This document shows positions 28,543 through 38,565 of a stretch of 64,000 nt of DNA, piece after piece. Source of the DNA: Desulfomonilia bacterium. GTDB lineage: Bacteria > Desulfobacterota > Desulfomonilia > UBA1062. Both the position numbers and the translations under genes were made by a program. Location of the stretch: NCBI GenBank assembly GCA_050014195.1, contig JBEKDT010000014.1, positions 32,001 to 96,000 of the forward strand, written 5' to 3'. A model generated the notes under the pieces. That model did not search any database, was not told the origin of the DNA, and saw only the letters and a program-made list of their open reading frames with translations. Every line of letters starts with the position of its first letter. The stretch's first letter is position 1.

Positions 28543-29454
28543 ATGAATATGAGCATACCGCATTCAGAGCTTTGTTTTGCCCGCGCAAACGGCATCGAGA
28601 TCGCCTATGATACCTTCGGAGTAAAGGGTGATGACCCGCTCCTTCTCATCATGGGACTGAGCGCCCAGATGATCCTCTGGGAGGATAAATTCTGCGAAGG
28701 CCTCGCTGAAAGAGGTTTTTACGTAATCCGGTTTGACAACCGGGATGTGGGTATGTCAACGAAAATATCCTCAGCGGGCATGCCCCATATTCATGCACTC
28801 CTGTCGGGGAGACTCAAAGGTGTGGGTTCTGTACCTTATATACTCTTGGATATGGCAAAGGACACCATTGGTCTACTTGATGTCTTACAGATCGAGAATG
28901 CCCACATAGTCGGTGTGTCCATGGGTGGTATGATCGGCCAGGAAATTGCAATGCATTATCCGAAGCGAATCAAGACGTTTACATCCATCATGTCCACCAC
29001 AGGTAACCCTTTGCTTCCGCCGCCGATGCAGGAGGTGCTCGAGATGCTCTTCAGGCCTATACCCACGAGCCGGGAGGCCTTCGTTGAGTACTTTAAGGAT
29101 GTTTGGAGGATTCTCAGCGGGCCACGCTTCCCCATTGATGAGCCCAGGGCGGCCAGACTCGGCGAGGAGACCTATCGGAGAGGGATGGACCCGGCAGGAA
29201 ACGCACGGCAACTGGCAGCTATCCTTGCTTCGGGCAGCAGAAAAGACGGCCTTGCCTTTGTGAAGGCGCCCACGCTCGTTATTCACGGCACTGATGACCC
29301 ATTGGTGCCGGTGGAATGCGGAGTAGATACGGCCCGATCGATTCCCGGGGCACGACTTAAGATTATGGATGGCATGGGCCATTGGCTCCCGCCCCAATTA
29401 TGGCCGGAGATCATCAATACGATTGTCGGACATACCAGTGGACCCCGCTCATGA
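28543..29454 (+). CDS. Alpha/beta hydrolase
   Basis: LIMGLSAQM, FDNRDVG.S, GVSMGG, HGTDDPLV and GMGH motifs. Confidence 0.92.
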   Translation: MNMSIPHSELCFARANGIEIAYDTFGVKGDDPLLLIMGLSAQMILWEDKFCEGLAERGFYVIRFDNRDVGMSTKISSAGMPHIHALLSGRLKGVGSVPYILLDMAKDTIGLLDVLQIENAHIVGVSMGGMIGQEIAMHYPKRIKTFTSIMSTTGNPLLPPPMQEVLEMLFRPIPTSREAFVEYFKDVWRILSGPRFPIDEPRAARLGEETYRRGMDPAGNARQLAAILASGSRKDGLAFVKAPTLVIHGTDDPLVPVECGVDTARSIPGARLKIMDGMGHWLPPQLWPEIINTIVGHTSGPRS

Positions 29455-29551
29455 TGGATATCTTTAGGCTGCTATCGTAAAGCATGCTTGAATGCCGTGA
29501 AAATGTGACCTATTGAACAGATAAGATGTTCACGTCAAAGAGGATTGCACT

Positions 29552-30058
29552 ATGGCAAGGATAAAGAGCACGCTGGACCTGGTCATGGAACGGACCAGGA
29601 ACATCACCATAACAGAGGAAGATAAAGAGGCCCTGCAAAAGAAAGAAATGTCCGACAAGGCCAGGGGCTGGGTAGGGATGCTTATGGACCGGAGAATTAC
29701 GATCCATGAGCTCAAGAGAGAATTCACATCGGAATCGTCCCGACACCGTGAGTTGAAGGATATCATGCGGACGGAACTGCTGGACCATATTGACCCTGAT
29801 GCGGAAAACAGCAGTATCCTGGAGGCACTTGCAGAAGTGCTTGAACTCGATGTGAAGCCGTTCGAAGATTCCATCAAAGACTACCGTGACCGTTATGAAT
29901 TGCACAGGCAAGAGCACCAGGAACGTGTCCTTTCCAAGCTTAAGGCCGACGGGATATCGGGGAGGGCGGTTGTTCCGAATGCAGATAAGAATGAGTCATG
30001 GATAGCTCACGCCAAGGGTCTCAAGGATCAGTTCAAGCAGAAGATCCAGGCGCTCTAG
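29552..30058 (+). CDS. Conserved hypothetical protein
   Basis: 168-aa helical ORF with GAGGA RBS, beginning MARIKSTLDLVMERT. Confidence 0.7.
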   Translation: MARIKSTLDLVMERTRNITITEEDKEALQKKEMSDKARGWVGMLMDRRITIHELKREFTSESSRHRELKDIMRTELLDHIDPDAENSSILEALAEVLELDVKPFEDSIKDYRDRYELHRQEHQERVLSKLKADGISGRAVVPNADKNESWIAHAKGLKDQFKQKIQAL

Positions 30059-30702
30059 AGGTATCTGAACCAGTAGTCCTTTATCTGCTTGAAGTTGTCT
30101 TTTACTGCCTTGACACCGCTGATGACACCGCCGTGGCCGGGGAATAGATATTGAGCCGGCAAAGGCTCCACCTTGAGGATGCTTTCCTTGAGCTGCTTTC
30201 CACTGCCTCCGGGCAGGTCGGTGCGGCCGATGCCCTGTTCGAACACCAGATCGCCGGTGAAGAGCGCCCCGTGTTTGGGCCAATACAAACATATGGACCC
30301 GGGTGTATGCCCCGGTGTATCAAAGACCTCAAACTGGAGGCTGCCTAGGGAAAGATCCCCCTGTGTTAAGAAAAAATCCGGCTCCGGTATCTTGTAATAA
30401 TCCCCTGCCAGCTCCTTGAGATACTCGAACTCCGACTTGCCCATGGTGAGCTGGGTGGGCTTCTTAAAGAGCAGGGCTGCCTCCATATGATCGGGATGCG
30501 CATGGGTGATGAGAATGAGGTCGATGGAGCCCGGATCGATCTTGAGGTTGGTGAGCCCCTGTTCCACATGACTGAACAGATGGCTGTGCCCCGGGTCGAT
30601 GAGAATGCGTTTCCCATCATCGATAAGATAGCTGTTGCAGTTGTTTTGCCGGTAATCCTCCCAGATGAATGCATATAAACCTTCGAATACCTTCTTGACC
30701 AT
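30055..30702 (-). CDS. MBL-fold metallo-hydrolase
   Basis: THAHPDH, TPGHTPGS, FTGD and PGHG motifs. Confidence 0.92.
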   Translation of the reverse strand: MVKKVFEGLYAFIWEDYRQNNCNSYLIDDGKRILIDPGHSHLFSHVEQGLTNLKIDPGSIDLILITHAHPDHMEAALLFKKPTQLTMGKSEFEYLKELAGDYYKIPEPDFFLTQGDLSLGSLQFEVFDTPGHTPGSICLYWPKHGALFTGDLVFEQGIGRTDLPGGSGKQLKESILKVEPLPAQYLFPGHGGVISGVKAVKDNFKQIKDYWFRYL

Positions 30703-30776
30703 ATTCTTAAGCCTCTCTTCGCAATTTTTAAAAGATAACGGGTTCTGCGTAGAAGAAACCCCTTCACTGGACTATC

Positions 30777-31370
30777 TCAAGCTGCAGGCCCTCCGGGCTC
30801 TCCCTTCAGCCCGATCGTCTCCGCCACCTCGCGCATGCCCATGATGGTGTCTTCAATGAGTTGATCCACGGTCACACCGAGCATCTCGGCCCCTTTGGTG
30901 ATTATGGAACGGTTCACCCCTGCGGCGAATGCGCTCGACTTCCACTTCTTTTTAACCGAGCTAACCGTAAGGTCAAGAACACTCTTGGAAGGCCTCACAA
31001 GGGTACTTGCAGCCACGAGCCCCGTGAGCTCATCGATGGCATAGAGTGTCTTCTCCAGATCGCTTAAAGGCTCCACATCCGAGCACATCCCCCACCCGTG
31101 AGATATTACTGCCCGGACATACTCTACAGGCCAGCCCTTTTCCTCGAGGATCATACGGGTTTTGGTGCAGTGCTGCTCAGGGAACTGCTCATAGTCGAGG
31201 TCATGGATCAGGCCGATGACACCCCATTTCTCCTCGTCTTGCCCTCTCTTTCGAGCGATGTGGCGCATCACTGCCTCTACGGCATAGGCGTGGGTGCGTA
31301 AATTGTCACTCCTGTTGTAGGAATGGAGCAGTGTAAGGGCCTCATTGCGAGTGGGAGCATACTCAGACAT
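30777..31370 (-). CDS. HD domain protein
   Basis: H...GLIHDLDYE...H...SH...AIDELTG. Confidence 0.9.
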   Translation of the reverse strand: MSEYAPTRNEALTLLHSYNRSDNLRTHAYAVEAVMRHIARKRGQDEEKWGVIGLIHDLDYEQFPEQHCTKTRMILEEKGWPVEYVRAVISHGWGMCSDVEPLSDLEKTLYAIDELTGLVAASTLVRPSKSVLDLTVSSVKKKWKSSAFAAGVNRSIITKGAEMLGVTVDQLIEDTIMGMREVAETIGLKGEPGGPAA

Positions 31371-31530
31371 GAAAGGCCTCCTATCTTGAGTTTTCTAAAG
31401 AGTATTACTTTTTGAAGCAAAGAGGCAACCCAAACATTTCCGTTTCACGGAAGTATAGGTCAATGCCAGGGGTACAGGGAAAAAATTACAGGATAGAGGA
31501 GCAAGAGGATATGCCCCATATTACCGGGTG

Positions 31531-31670
31531 TTCCCACTTTTTGGGAAAAAAATGAAAATATTTACATACTAATGAATGAGACCGGAATGCTTGGTTGCAC
31601 AAATACATTTATAATTCCCTAACATTATTATTGGAATTAACAATACTGTACTTTGGCATATCTCTTGAAT
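31531..31670 (+). promoter_or_regulatory. Sigma-54-like promoter with upstream palindromic enhancer site
   Basis: TTCCCA-N5-TGGGAA at 31531-31547, an AT-rich spacer, then TGGCATATCTCTTGAA at 31654-31669. GG to G spacing is correct, but -12 is GA rather than GC. Confidence 0.45.
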
Positions 31671-31679
31671 AGCTCTAGA

Positions 31680-31826
31680 GGGATATGCACTTGGATGCGG
31701 CATGAAAGAGGAAGGCATTCCTCGGGTGGTCAGAGCAATAGAGCTTATTAAGGTAAAGAACCCTTAGGATACTCATATCCTATTCCTCCTCAGGTCGCAT
31801 CCGGCTTGCCGGATGCGACCTGCTCC
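31680..31826 (+). ncRNA. Candidate small RNA
   Basis: Lies between the sigma-54-like promoter and a perfect hairpin, with no substantial ORF. Has TTCCTCCT just before the hairpin. Confidence 0.35.
31791..31822. terminator. Perfect GC-rich hairpin
   Basis: CAGGTCGCATCCGGC-TT-GCCGGATGCGACCTG. Confidence 0.65.
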
Positions 31827-31859
31827 CTCAAAATGCCCATAGACATAAGGACGTGACTC

Positions 31860-33086
31860 TTATTCTATCACTTCAACCCTTAGCCCGAACTTGGACATGG
31901 CCTCACACTTGTCTTTGAGGATGAGGATGGGGTTTTCATATCGGAGCCCGATTTTCTCATCAGGGCATGAGTACTGCATCGCACAGATGAGCACCTCGTT
32001 CTCCTGGTAGGCGTGATCCGGATTTGTCCAGTACGGGAGGGGTCCTTCATTCATGCCGATACGCCATTCGTCGCCCATCATCCCAATCCCGTGCTCAAAG
32101 CCGGGAAGCATATACTCGGCAAAACCCTTGTCTTCGGCAAAGGCCATGGCCTCTTCTGCAATACTGAGAGGAGAGACACCGGCCTTGTAGGTCTTCAAGA
32201 CGAGTGAAACGATGCTGATAAAGTTATCTGCATGCCACCTCTGGCGTTTGGTTTCATGCCCGATGATGTAATTATGGGCATGGTCCCCCAGGGCCAGCTT
32301 GTACATGGCATGGATGTCCACCATGAGAGGATCGCCCCTTTTCAGTTTTCGGGTGGTTGCCGGGGTACAGGCGCATCCGGCCAAGCCGCTGCGATATCCG
32401 CTTGCGATCTCGTTTCCCCCGGTGAATGACCACTCCCAGACACTGCCCGCTTTGCGCATGGCAAGGGCTGCGATCCCGGCGATTTCCGTCTCGGTCATGC
32501 CTTTCCAACCACCACCGGAAATGGCTTCCTTGACTGCCTTGTGTCCTTCGTCCACTATACGGGAAGCCTTTCTGAACCGATTGATGGTCCCCTGGTCCTT
32601 GATGAGCGAGAGCCTGTCCACGATGTGATGGGCATTTATAAGTTCAGAGCCCGACAGGGCGTCACGGAAGGATTCATATTCGTAATGCGTCAGGTTCCCT
32701 TCCGCAAGGTAGTTGGACATGCCCGATTCATAGCCGATCCTGCCCTTCTTGCCCTTCAGGAGATCCTTGATGAAATCCGAGATGATGGTGATCTGGTCCA
32801 TACCTCCCATGGGTGCGTAGCCCAGCACATGGTCCTCATCCAACCAGGATTCATCAGCGATCCTTGCGGCATCGATGACAAATGAGAAGACGGTAGGCAG
32901 ACCCTCGGCAGGTATCACTACATAGCTTCTCCATGGGCAGAATGCATCCGACACCCAGGAAAGCGTTCTCAGCCGCGAGCCCAGATAGATGTCGATCTTC
33001 TCTTCGGCCATTTGCTTTTGTATGCGGGATACCCTTCCAGGGAAGTCGATATAATAAAGATCAGTAGGGTCGAGTACATAGGGCAT
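31860..33086 (-). CDS. M24 (Xaa-Pro peptidase/creatinase fold) family protein
   Basis: Creatinase-N-like N-terminus, GMTETEIA, VDI..GD, HGIG and RYENPILI. Confidence 0.8.
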   Translation of the reverse strand: MPYVLDPTDLYYIDFPGRVSRIQKQMAEEKIDIYLGSRLRTLSWVSDAFCPWRSYVVIPAEGLPTVFSFVIDAARIADESWLDEDHVLGYAPMGGMDQITIISDFIKDLLKGKKGRIGYESGMSNYLAEGNLTHYEYESFRDALSGSELINAHHIVDRLSLIKDQGTINRFRKASRIVDEGHKAVKEAISGGGWKGMTETEIAGIAALAMRKAGSVWEWSFTGGNEIASGYRSGLAGCACTPATTRKLKRGDPLMVDIHAMYKLALGDHAHNYIIGHETKRQRWHADNFISIVSLVLKTYKAGVSPLSIAEEAMAFAEDKGFAEYMLPGFEHGIGMMGDEWRIGMNEGPLPYWTNPDHAYQENEVLICAMQYSCPDEKIGLRYENPILILKDKCEAMSKFGLRVEVIE

Positions 33087-33101
33087 TGGGGCGCCTCCTT
33101 T

Positions 33102-33503
33102 TCAGTACTGGGTGGGAATAGACCCCAGGACCTTGTTTATCCTGTCTGCGAGGGATGCAAGCTTGAGGGCCTTGACCATACTCCCTTTGAGTTTCAGCTT
33201 GCCGCTCATGAGAGCCCGCTGTGACGAGATTTTTCCCTGTGTGAGATTGGCAAACAGATCGTACGGCCCTGTGACCCTGAAATCGGCCTCCGGCGGCTCG
33301 CTGTCACCCACAAGGACCTTTGTGAATTTCCCGTTATCCATCTTGAAGTAGAGGAACTTGTCTTTCCCTCCGGGGCAGTCAAGGTACACATATGCCACCG
33401 ATGAGGTGAGATGTTTCATCTTCTCGGGGGTAATTTCCGTATTGAGTCTTTTTTCAACCTCATCCCGCCACTGACTGCTCAGATAAGTTACTTTATTCTC
33501 CAT
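33102..33503 (-). CDS. SCP2 sterol/lipid-binding domain protein
   Basis: ADFRVTG...ALMSGKLKLKGSMVKALKL. Confidence 0.85.
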   Translation of the reverse strand: MENKVTYLSSQWRDEVEKRLNTEITPEKMKHLTSSVAYVYLDCPGGKDKFLYFKMDNGKFTKVLVGDSEPPEADFRVTGPYDLFANLTQGKISSQRALMSGKLKLKGSMVKALKLASLADRINKVLGSIPTQY

Positions 33504-33565
33504 GGCTATCCTCCTTTCTTGTATGTTCGGGTAAAGGTTAGAAGTGAAAAACCGATGATAAGTGA

Positions 33566-33596
33566 TGAATAAATGAACAATAAATTCATATATTCA
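33566..33596. promoter_or_regulatory. Imperfect inverted repeat upstream of the SCP2-M24 operon (TetR-like operator candidate)
   Basis: TGAATAAATGAA-N7-TTCATATATTCA. Confidence 0.4.
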
Positions 33597-33660
33597 TTAT
33601 ATAGCAAACCCGATTGATGTCAACAATGAAAGAACATATGGATCGCAAAAGCCATCGACT

Positions 33661-34605
33661 CTACTCAGGGGAAACTGGCCTCATGTGCTCCTTGATAAAG
33701 GCGACATAATCCTTCGTAGCCTCTTTAGGCCTCTCCAACATGGGCATATGGCCGCAGTCGGGCATGATAACGGTCTTTGCGTTCGGCAGGTAACGCTCCA
33801 GGACCTGTACCGTGGAGACGTGGGTGATCCTGTCATCGGCACCCCAGAGTATCAGCACAGGCAATCTCAGGTCAGGCAGCAGGGTAATCGCGTCCTTGTA
33901 ACTTGCATGGATATCGCTCCACATCTTCTGTTTGAAAGGACCATCTGCTACGGCCCTTCTTGCAAGCACCGAGCGCATCGGCCAGGGAAGGAAGGGTTCC
34001 TTGTAAAAGCCGTATTTCATGAGTTCGGCAAATGCATCAGACGTAGTGGGAATGAGAATGTTCTGCCCCTTCTCGATGGCCATCGTGAGGTCACTGGGCA
34101 CCGGTGAGGCGATGCCTGCGGTATCGAAGAGGCCGAGGGTAATCACCCGGTCGGGATTCTTTGCGGTATAAAGCATGCCTACCCATCCACCCATAGAGTT
34201 GCCCGCAAGATGGAAACGGTTCAGCTTGAGGGCATCTACGGCATCGGCGAACCCTTTTGCAATGAAGTCTATGGAGTAGGTCTTCTCATTGTCCTTGAAA
34301 CTCTCTCCATGCCCCGGCAGATCGAAGGCTATGATACGGTATTCTTTCGGTATATATCGTACAAAGCGATCCCAACCGTCTTTGTTTGCCCCGAATCCGT
34401 GGAGGAGGACAATGGTATCGCCGCTGCCCTGTCTCTCAAGGTATGCGATCTTTTGACCCGCTGTTGTTATAGAGGCTTCTTGAAGCCCGGAGATAATACG
34501 CTCTAGAGAGATCGCCAACTCATATATCGACTCCTGGGTGGAAGTGCAGTTGGTAAGAAAGAATAAAAGAAGGAGTGTGAACAGGACATGTGCGAATTTT
34601 TTCAT
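33661..34605 (-). CDS. Alpha/beta hydrolase (lipase-like), probable lipoprotein
   Basis: Signal peptide ending LTNC, LLHGF, DLPGHG, GNSMGG, WGADD and CGH. Confidence 0.9.
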   Translation of the reverse strand: MKKFAHVLFTLLLLFFLTNCTSTQESIYELAISLERIISGLQEASITTAGQKIAYLERQGSGDTIVLLHGFGANKDGWDRFVRYIPKEYRIIAFDLPGHGESFKDNEKTYSIDFIAKGFADAVDALKLNRFHLAGNSMGGWVGMLYTAKNPDRVITLGLFDTAGIASPVPSDLTMAIEKGQNILIPTTSDAFAELMKYGFYKEPFLPWPMRSVLARRAVADGPFKQKMWSDIHASYKDAITLLPDLRLPVLILWGADDRITHVSTVQVLERYLPNAKTVIMPDCGHMPMLERPKEATKDYVAFIKEHMRPVSPE

Positions 34606-34702
34606 AGAGCCCCCTCTTGTAAGAAGCACCATTTCACGCCCTGACGGCCTTTACGCGATCTAAAGGTATCCTCGAGGCATTGATCCTGTCAATGGTTTTC
34701 CA

Positions 34703-35212
34703 TCATGTGTGTATTGCTGTTTTTATAATCCTTGAGAAGATTGGGAGCAGGAGTGTCGCCAGTATCACACTGCCTCCGGCCTGGAGGAGGTTCGCAGGTA
34801 CCTCTGCCAATGCAGCCTTCTGGTCATACATGAAAACCTCGGTAACATAGTAACCAAGCACCATCCAAGCGGTTGAGACGATGAAGCACAGGATGATAAA
34901 AAGGGTTATCTTGGTTGTGTTGATCTTCAGATACTTTATGCTGAACCCCATGAGCGTTGCCTCAAGGCCCTTGATAAACAGTGTCCAGGGGGCCCACTGG
35001 TAGTACCCTCCGAAGATGTCTGCCAGTGCCGAACCGATGCCCCCGGCCATAAATCCGAGAGCCGGACCGAAAAAGATGCCGGAGAGAAGGACCATGCTGT
35101 CACCCAGGTTCATATATCCATTGGTCTGGGGAATAGGGACGCGGACGATCATGGTGGCCACAGCCACAAGGGCCATGAAGAGCGCCAGCAGGGCGAGTTC
35201 TTTTACGTTCAT
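34703..35212 (-). CDS. ECF transporter S component
   Basis: ALFMALVAVAT, GYMNLGD and GGIGSALADI..GY..WAP.TL.IKG. Confidence 0.9.
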   Translation of the reverse strand: MNVKELALLALFMALVAVATMIVRVPIPQTNGYMNLGDSMVLLSGIFFGPALGFMAGGIGSALADIFGGYYQWAPWTLFIKGLEATLMGFSIKYLKINTTKITLFIILCFIVSTAWMVLGYYVTEVFMYDQKAALAEVPANLLQAGGSVILATLLLPIFSRIIKTAIHT

Positions 35213-35246
35213 GGATCGCCTCCTTAATTTCTATAATAATTGATCA

Positions 35247-36644
35247 TCATGATTGCATATACACGAGTGCCCTTTTCAGCCGGGACAGAACCACGGATTT
35301 CCCCAGGGTGACAATAATCTCAAAGATGCCCGGGGATACGGTCTTACCGGTGAGTGCTACCCGCATAGGCTGAGCGATGGTCTTAAATTTGAGTTTGTAT
35401 GTGTCAAGTATGGTTTTTACCACCTCTTCGGTCTTGGCTTTGTCTGCAAGGTCCGTCTGCTCGAACTGTTCGACGAGTGCCTTAAATACAGGGGCAAGCT
35501 CATGGGTATAGAACTGTTTTTTGAGATCTTCGGCAGGCTCCACTTCATGGAAATAGAAGTTGCCGAAATCCAGCATATCTCTAAGAGTCTTGGTGCGCTC
35601 CCGGATATCAATGACCACGTTTTTGAGATAATCCCTGCCGGGAGGCGCATATCCGCTCTTGGTGGTGAATTCTTCGAGGAGAACGGCGAGTCTATCCGGG
35701 TCTCCGGTCTTGATGTAGTGGTGGTTGAGCCAGAGGAGCTTCTCCGGGTTGAATACGGCGGCCGCCCGTCCCACATCGTGGACATCGAAATACTCGATGA
35801 GCTCATGAAGGGTGAAGATCTCCTGGTCTCCATGCGACCATGAGAGTCTGACAAGGTAATTCACCAGGGCCTCCGGGAGGTATCCCATTTCCTGGTATGC
35901 CATGACGGAGGTGGCGCCGTGCCTCTTGGAAAGCTTGGTCTTGTCAGGCCCGAGGATCATGGGGACATGGGCGAAGAAAGGCAGCGCAAATCCCAGTGCT
36001 TCATAGATCTTCACCTGCCGGGGGGTGTTGTTCACATGGTCATCGCCCCTGATCACATGGGTCATGTTCATGGTGGCATCATCGATGACGACGGTGAGGT
36101 TGTAGGTGGGCATGTTGTCCGACCGAAGCAGGATGAGATCGTCCATCTCCGCATTGTCGACGCTGATCCTGCCCTTGATGAGGTCATCGAAAGAGGTGAC
36201 TCCCATATCGGGCATGAGGAAGCGGACAACCCTGCCCGGACCGGGACCAAGGCCTTTGCCCCTGCACGTGCCGTCATATTTCGGTTTTTTCCCTTCTGCC
36301 AGGGCCCGGCTGCGTTTCCTTTCCAGTTCATCCGGGGTGCACTCGCACCAGTAGGCCTTGCCTTCATCTAAGAGCTTTTGTAAGGAGGATTTGTAGATAT
36401 CGAGTCGCTGCGACTGGTAGAAGGGACCCTCATCCCAGTCGAGGCCGAGCCATTTCATGGATTCCAGGATCTGCCGGGTATTTTCATCGGTCGAGCGTTC
36501 GGCATCGGTGTCTTCTATCCTGAGTATGAACTTCCCGCCGGAATGCCTTGCATGGAGCCATGAGAACAGGGCTGTCCTGACGCCGCCGATATGGAGTTGA
36601 CCCGTAGGTGATGGAGCGAACCGCGTTCTTATCTTGTGGGACAT
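35247..36644 (-). CDS. gltX: Glutamate--tRNA ligase
   Basis: RFAPSPTG, HIGG, LRIEDTD, VIRGDDH and KLSKRH. Confidence 0.97.
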   Translation of the reverse strand: MSHKIRTRFAPSPTGQLHIGGVRTALFSWLHARHSGGKFILRIEDTDAERSTDENTRQILESMKWLGLDWDEGPFYQSQRLDIYKSSLQKLLDEGKAYWCECTPDELERKRSRALAEGKKPKYDGTCRGKGLGPGPGRVVRFLMPDMGVTSFDDLIKGRISVDNAEMDDLILLRSDNMPTYNLTVVIDDATMNMTHVIRGDDHVNNTPRQVKIYEALGFALPFFAHVPMILGPDKTKLSKRHGATSVMAYQEMGYLPEALVNYLVRLSWSHGDQEIFTLHELIEYFDVHDVGRAAAVFNPEKLLWLNHHYIKTGDPDRLAVLLEEFTTKSGYAPPGRDYLKNVVIDIRERTKTLRDMLDFGNFYFHEVEPAEDLKKQFYTHELAPVFKALVEQFEQTDLADKAKTEEVVKTILDTYKLKFKTIAQPMRVALTGKTVSPGIFEIIVTLGKSVVLSRLKRALVYMQS

Positions 36645-36645
36645 T

Positions 36646-38565
36646 TCAGCCTCGTACCTTTTTATAGATATAATTGAGCAGCCCGCCTTCTTTCAGGATC
36701 TCGCTTTCGCGCACGGAAAGATTCAGGGTGCAGTTCAATCGTTTGCCGGAATTGAGTGTGGATACTTCTATCGGTGAAATATTGTTAAGGGCGGCATGGA
36801 TGTTATTCACCGAGACCTTGCCACCCTGGTCGAGCTCTGAATATCCCTGTTCGTCTATCCGGATAGGCAGAATCCCGAAGTTGATAAGGTTTGATCTGTG
36901 GATCCTGGCAAATGACTTGGCGAATACGGCCTTCACGCCCAGGTACATGGGGGCAAGCGCTGCATGCTCCCGAGAAGAGCCCTGGCCGTAGTTCTCGCCT
37001 GAGAGTATACAGCCGCTCCCGGCAGTCTTTGCATGGTCGAAGAACTCCTTGTCGATGCTTAAGAATACATACCGCGAGATTGCCTCGATATTTGAGCGCA
37101 AGGGCAGGATCTTGGAGCCTGCCGGCATGATATCGTCGGTGGTGATGTTGTCTTTGAGCTTCAGGAGGACCGAAAGCGTGAGCGCATCCTCCATGGGACC
37201 CCTCTTCGGCAGGGGTCGGATGTTGGGCCCCCTGCGTATCTGCACGCCGGCGGGATTTTCTGCAGGTTTTATGATCATAGAGTCATCGATAAGGAATGAA
37301 TCCGGCAGTTTTATCTCGGGGTATGCACCCAACTCCCGCGGATCAGTGAAGCTCCCCTTCAGCGCACAGGCCGTGGCCGCTTCAGGCGATGCGAGGTAGA
37401 CTTCGGCATCAGCCGTACCGGAGCGGCCTTTGAAGTTGCGGTTGAACGTCCGTACCGATACAGCCCCCGTGGAGGGGGCCTGGCCCATGCCGATGCATGG
37501 GCCGCAGGCCGTCTCCAAGACCCTTGCACCGGCCGCGATGATGTCGGTAAGACAACCGTTTGCAGCGAGCATCTCTAGGACCTGCCGTGATCCGGGCGCA
37601 ATTGAAAGGCTCACATCCGGGTGTATCTTTTTGCCTTTGAGCACAGCAGCAACAGCCATGAGGTCTTTCAGCGATGAGTTCGTGCACGAGCCGATGAGCA
37701 CCTGATCGACCTTCCTGCCGGAAAGCTCCCTTATTGTCTTTATATTGTCGGGGCTATGCGGGCAGGCAGCAAGGGGTTCGAGTGTTGAAAGGTCGATCTC
37801 GATTGTTTCGTCGTAAGCTGCCCCTTCATCTGCAGAGAGTGGTATCCATGCCGCTTCGCGGCCCTGTGCCTTCAGGAATGCACGGGTAATCTCATCGCTG
37901 GGAAAGATGGATGTGGTTGCGCCCAGCTCCGCCCCCATGTTGGTGATGGTGGCACGCTCCGGGACGCTCAAGCCTTTCACGCCAGGGCCATAGTACTCAA
38001 AGATCCTGCCGACACCTCCCTTAACGGTGAGCCTGCGCAGGATCTCCAGGATGATGTCCTTGGCGCTCACCCAGGGCCGGAGGCCGGACTTCAGGAGCAC
38101 GCCTACAACCTTGGGCCCCGGGATATTGAAGGGCATGCCTGCCATCGCGGCTGCAACGTCCAAGCCGCCGGCTCCGATAGCCAGCATCCCGATGCCTCCT
38201 CCTGTGGGTGTATGGCTGTCGGAGCCGAGCAGGGTCTTGCCGGGGATTCCGAATCGTTCAAGGTGGACCTGATGGCAGATGCCGTTTCCCGGCCTGGAGA
38301 AGTATATTCCGTATTTGTTTGCAATGTCCTTTAGGAAGCGGTGGTCGTCGGCATTTTCAAACCCGGTCTGGAGGGTGTTATGGTCCACGTAGCTCACGGA
38401 GAGCTCGGCTTTAACACGGTCCAGCCCCATGGCCTCGAACTCCAGATAGGCCATGGTTCCGGTGGCATCCTGGGTCAGTGTCTGATCGATATGAAGGGCA
38501 TACTCTTCATCAGTTGCCGCCACGAGGTGGCTCTCGATGATCTTGGCGGTCAGGGTCCGGGCCAT
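36646..38565 (-). CDS. Aconitate hydratase (short archaeal/clostridial type)
   Basis: QDATG, DHN, GICHQ, DSHT, GSCTN, CGPCIG, NRNF, TTDDI and GSSREHA in one polypeptide. Confidence 0.92.
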   Translation of the reverse strand: MARTLTAKIIESHLVAATDEEYALHIDQTLTQDATGTMAYLEFEAMGLDRVKAELSVSYVDHNTLQTGFENADDHRFLKDIANKYGIYFSRPGNGICHQVHLERFGIPGKTLLGSDSHTPTGGGIGMLAIGAGGLDVAAAMAGMPFNIPGPKVVGVLLKSGLRPWVSAKDIILEILRRLTVKGGVGRIFEYYGPGVKGLSVPERATITNMGAELGATTSIFPSDEITRAFLKAQGREAAWIPLSADEGAAYDETIEIDLSTLEPLAACPHSPDNIKTIRELSGRKVDQVLIGSCTNSSLKDLMAVAAVLKGKKIHPDVSLSIAPGSRQVLEMLAANGCLTDIIAAGARVLETACGPCIGMGQAPSTGAVSVRTFNRNFKGRSGTADAEVYLASPEAATACALKGSFTDPRELGAYPEIKLPDSFLIDDSMIIKPAENPAGVQIRRGPNIRPLPKRGPMEDALTLSVLLKLKDNITTDDIMPAGSKILPLRSNIEAISRYVFLSIDKEFFDHAKTAGSGCILSGENYGQGSSREHAALAPMYLGVKAVFAKSFARIHRSNLINFGILPIRIDEQGYSELDQGGKVSVNNIHAALNNISPIEVSTLNSGKRLNCTLNLSVRESEILKEGGLLNYIYKKVRG

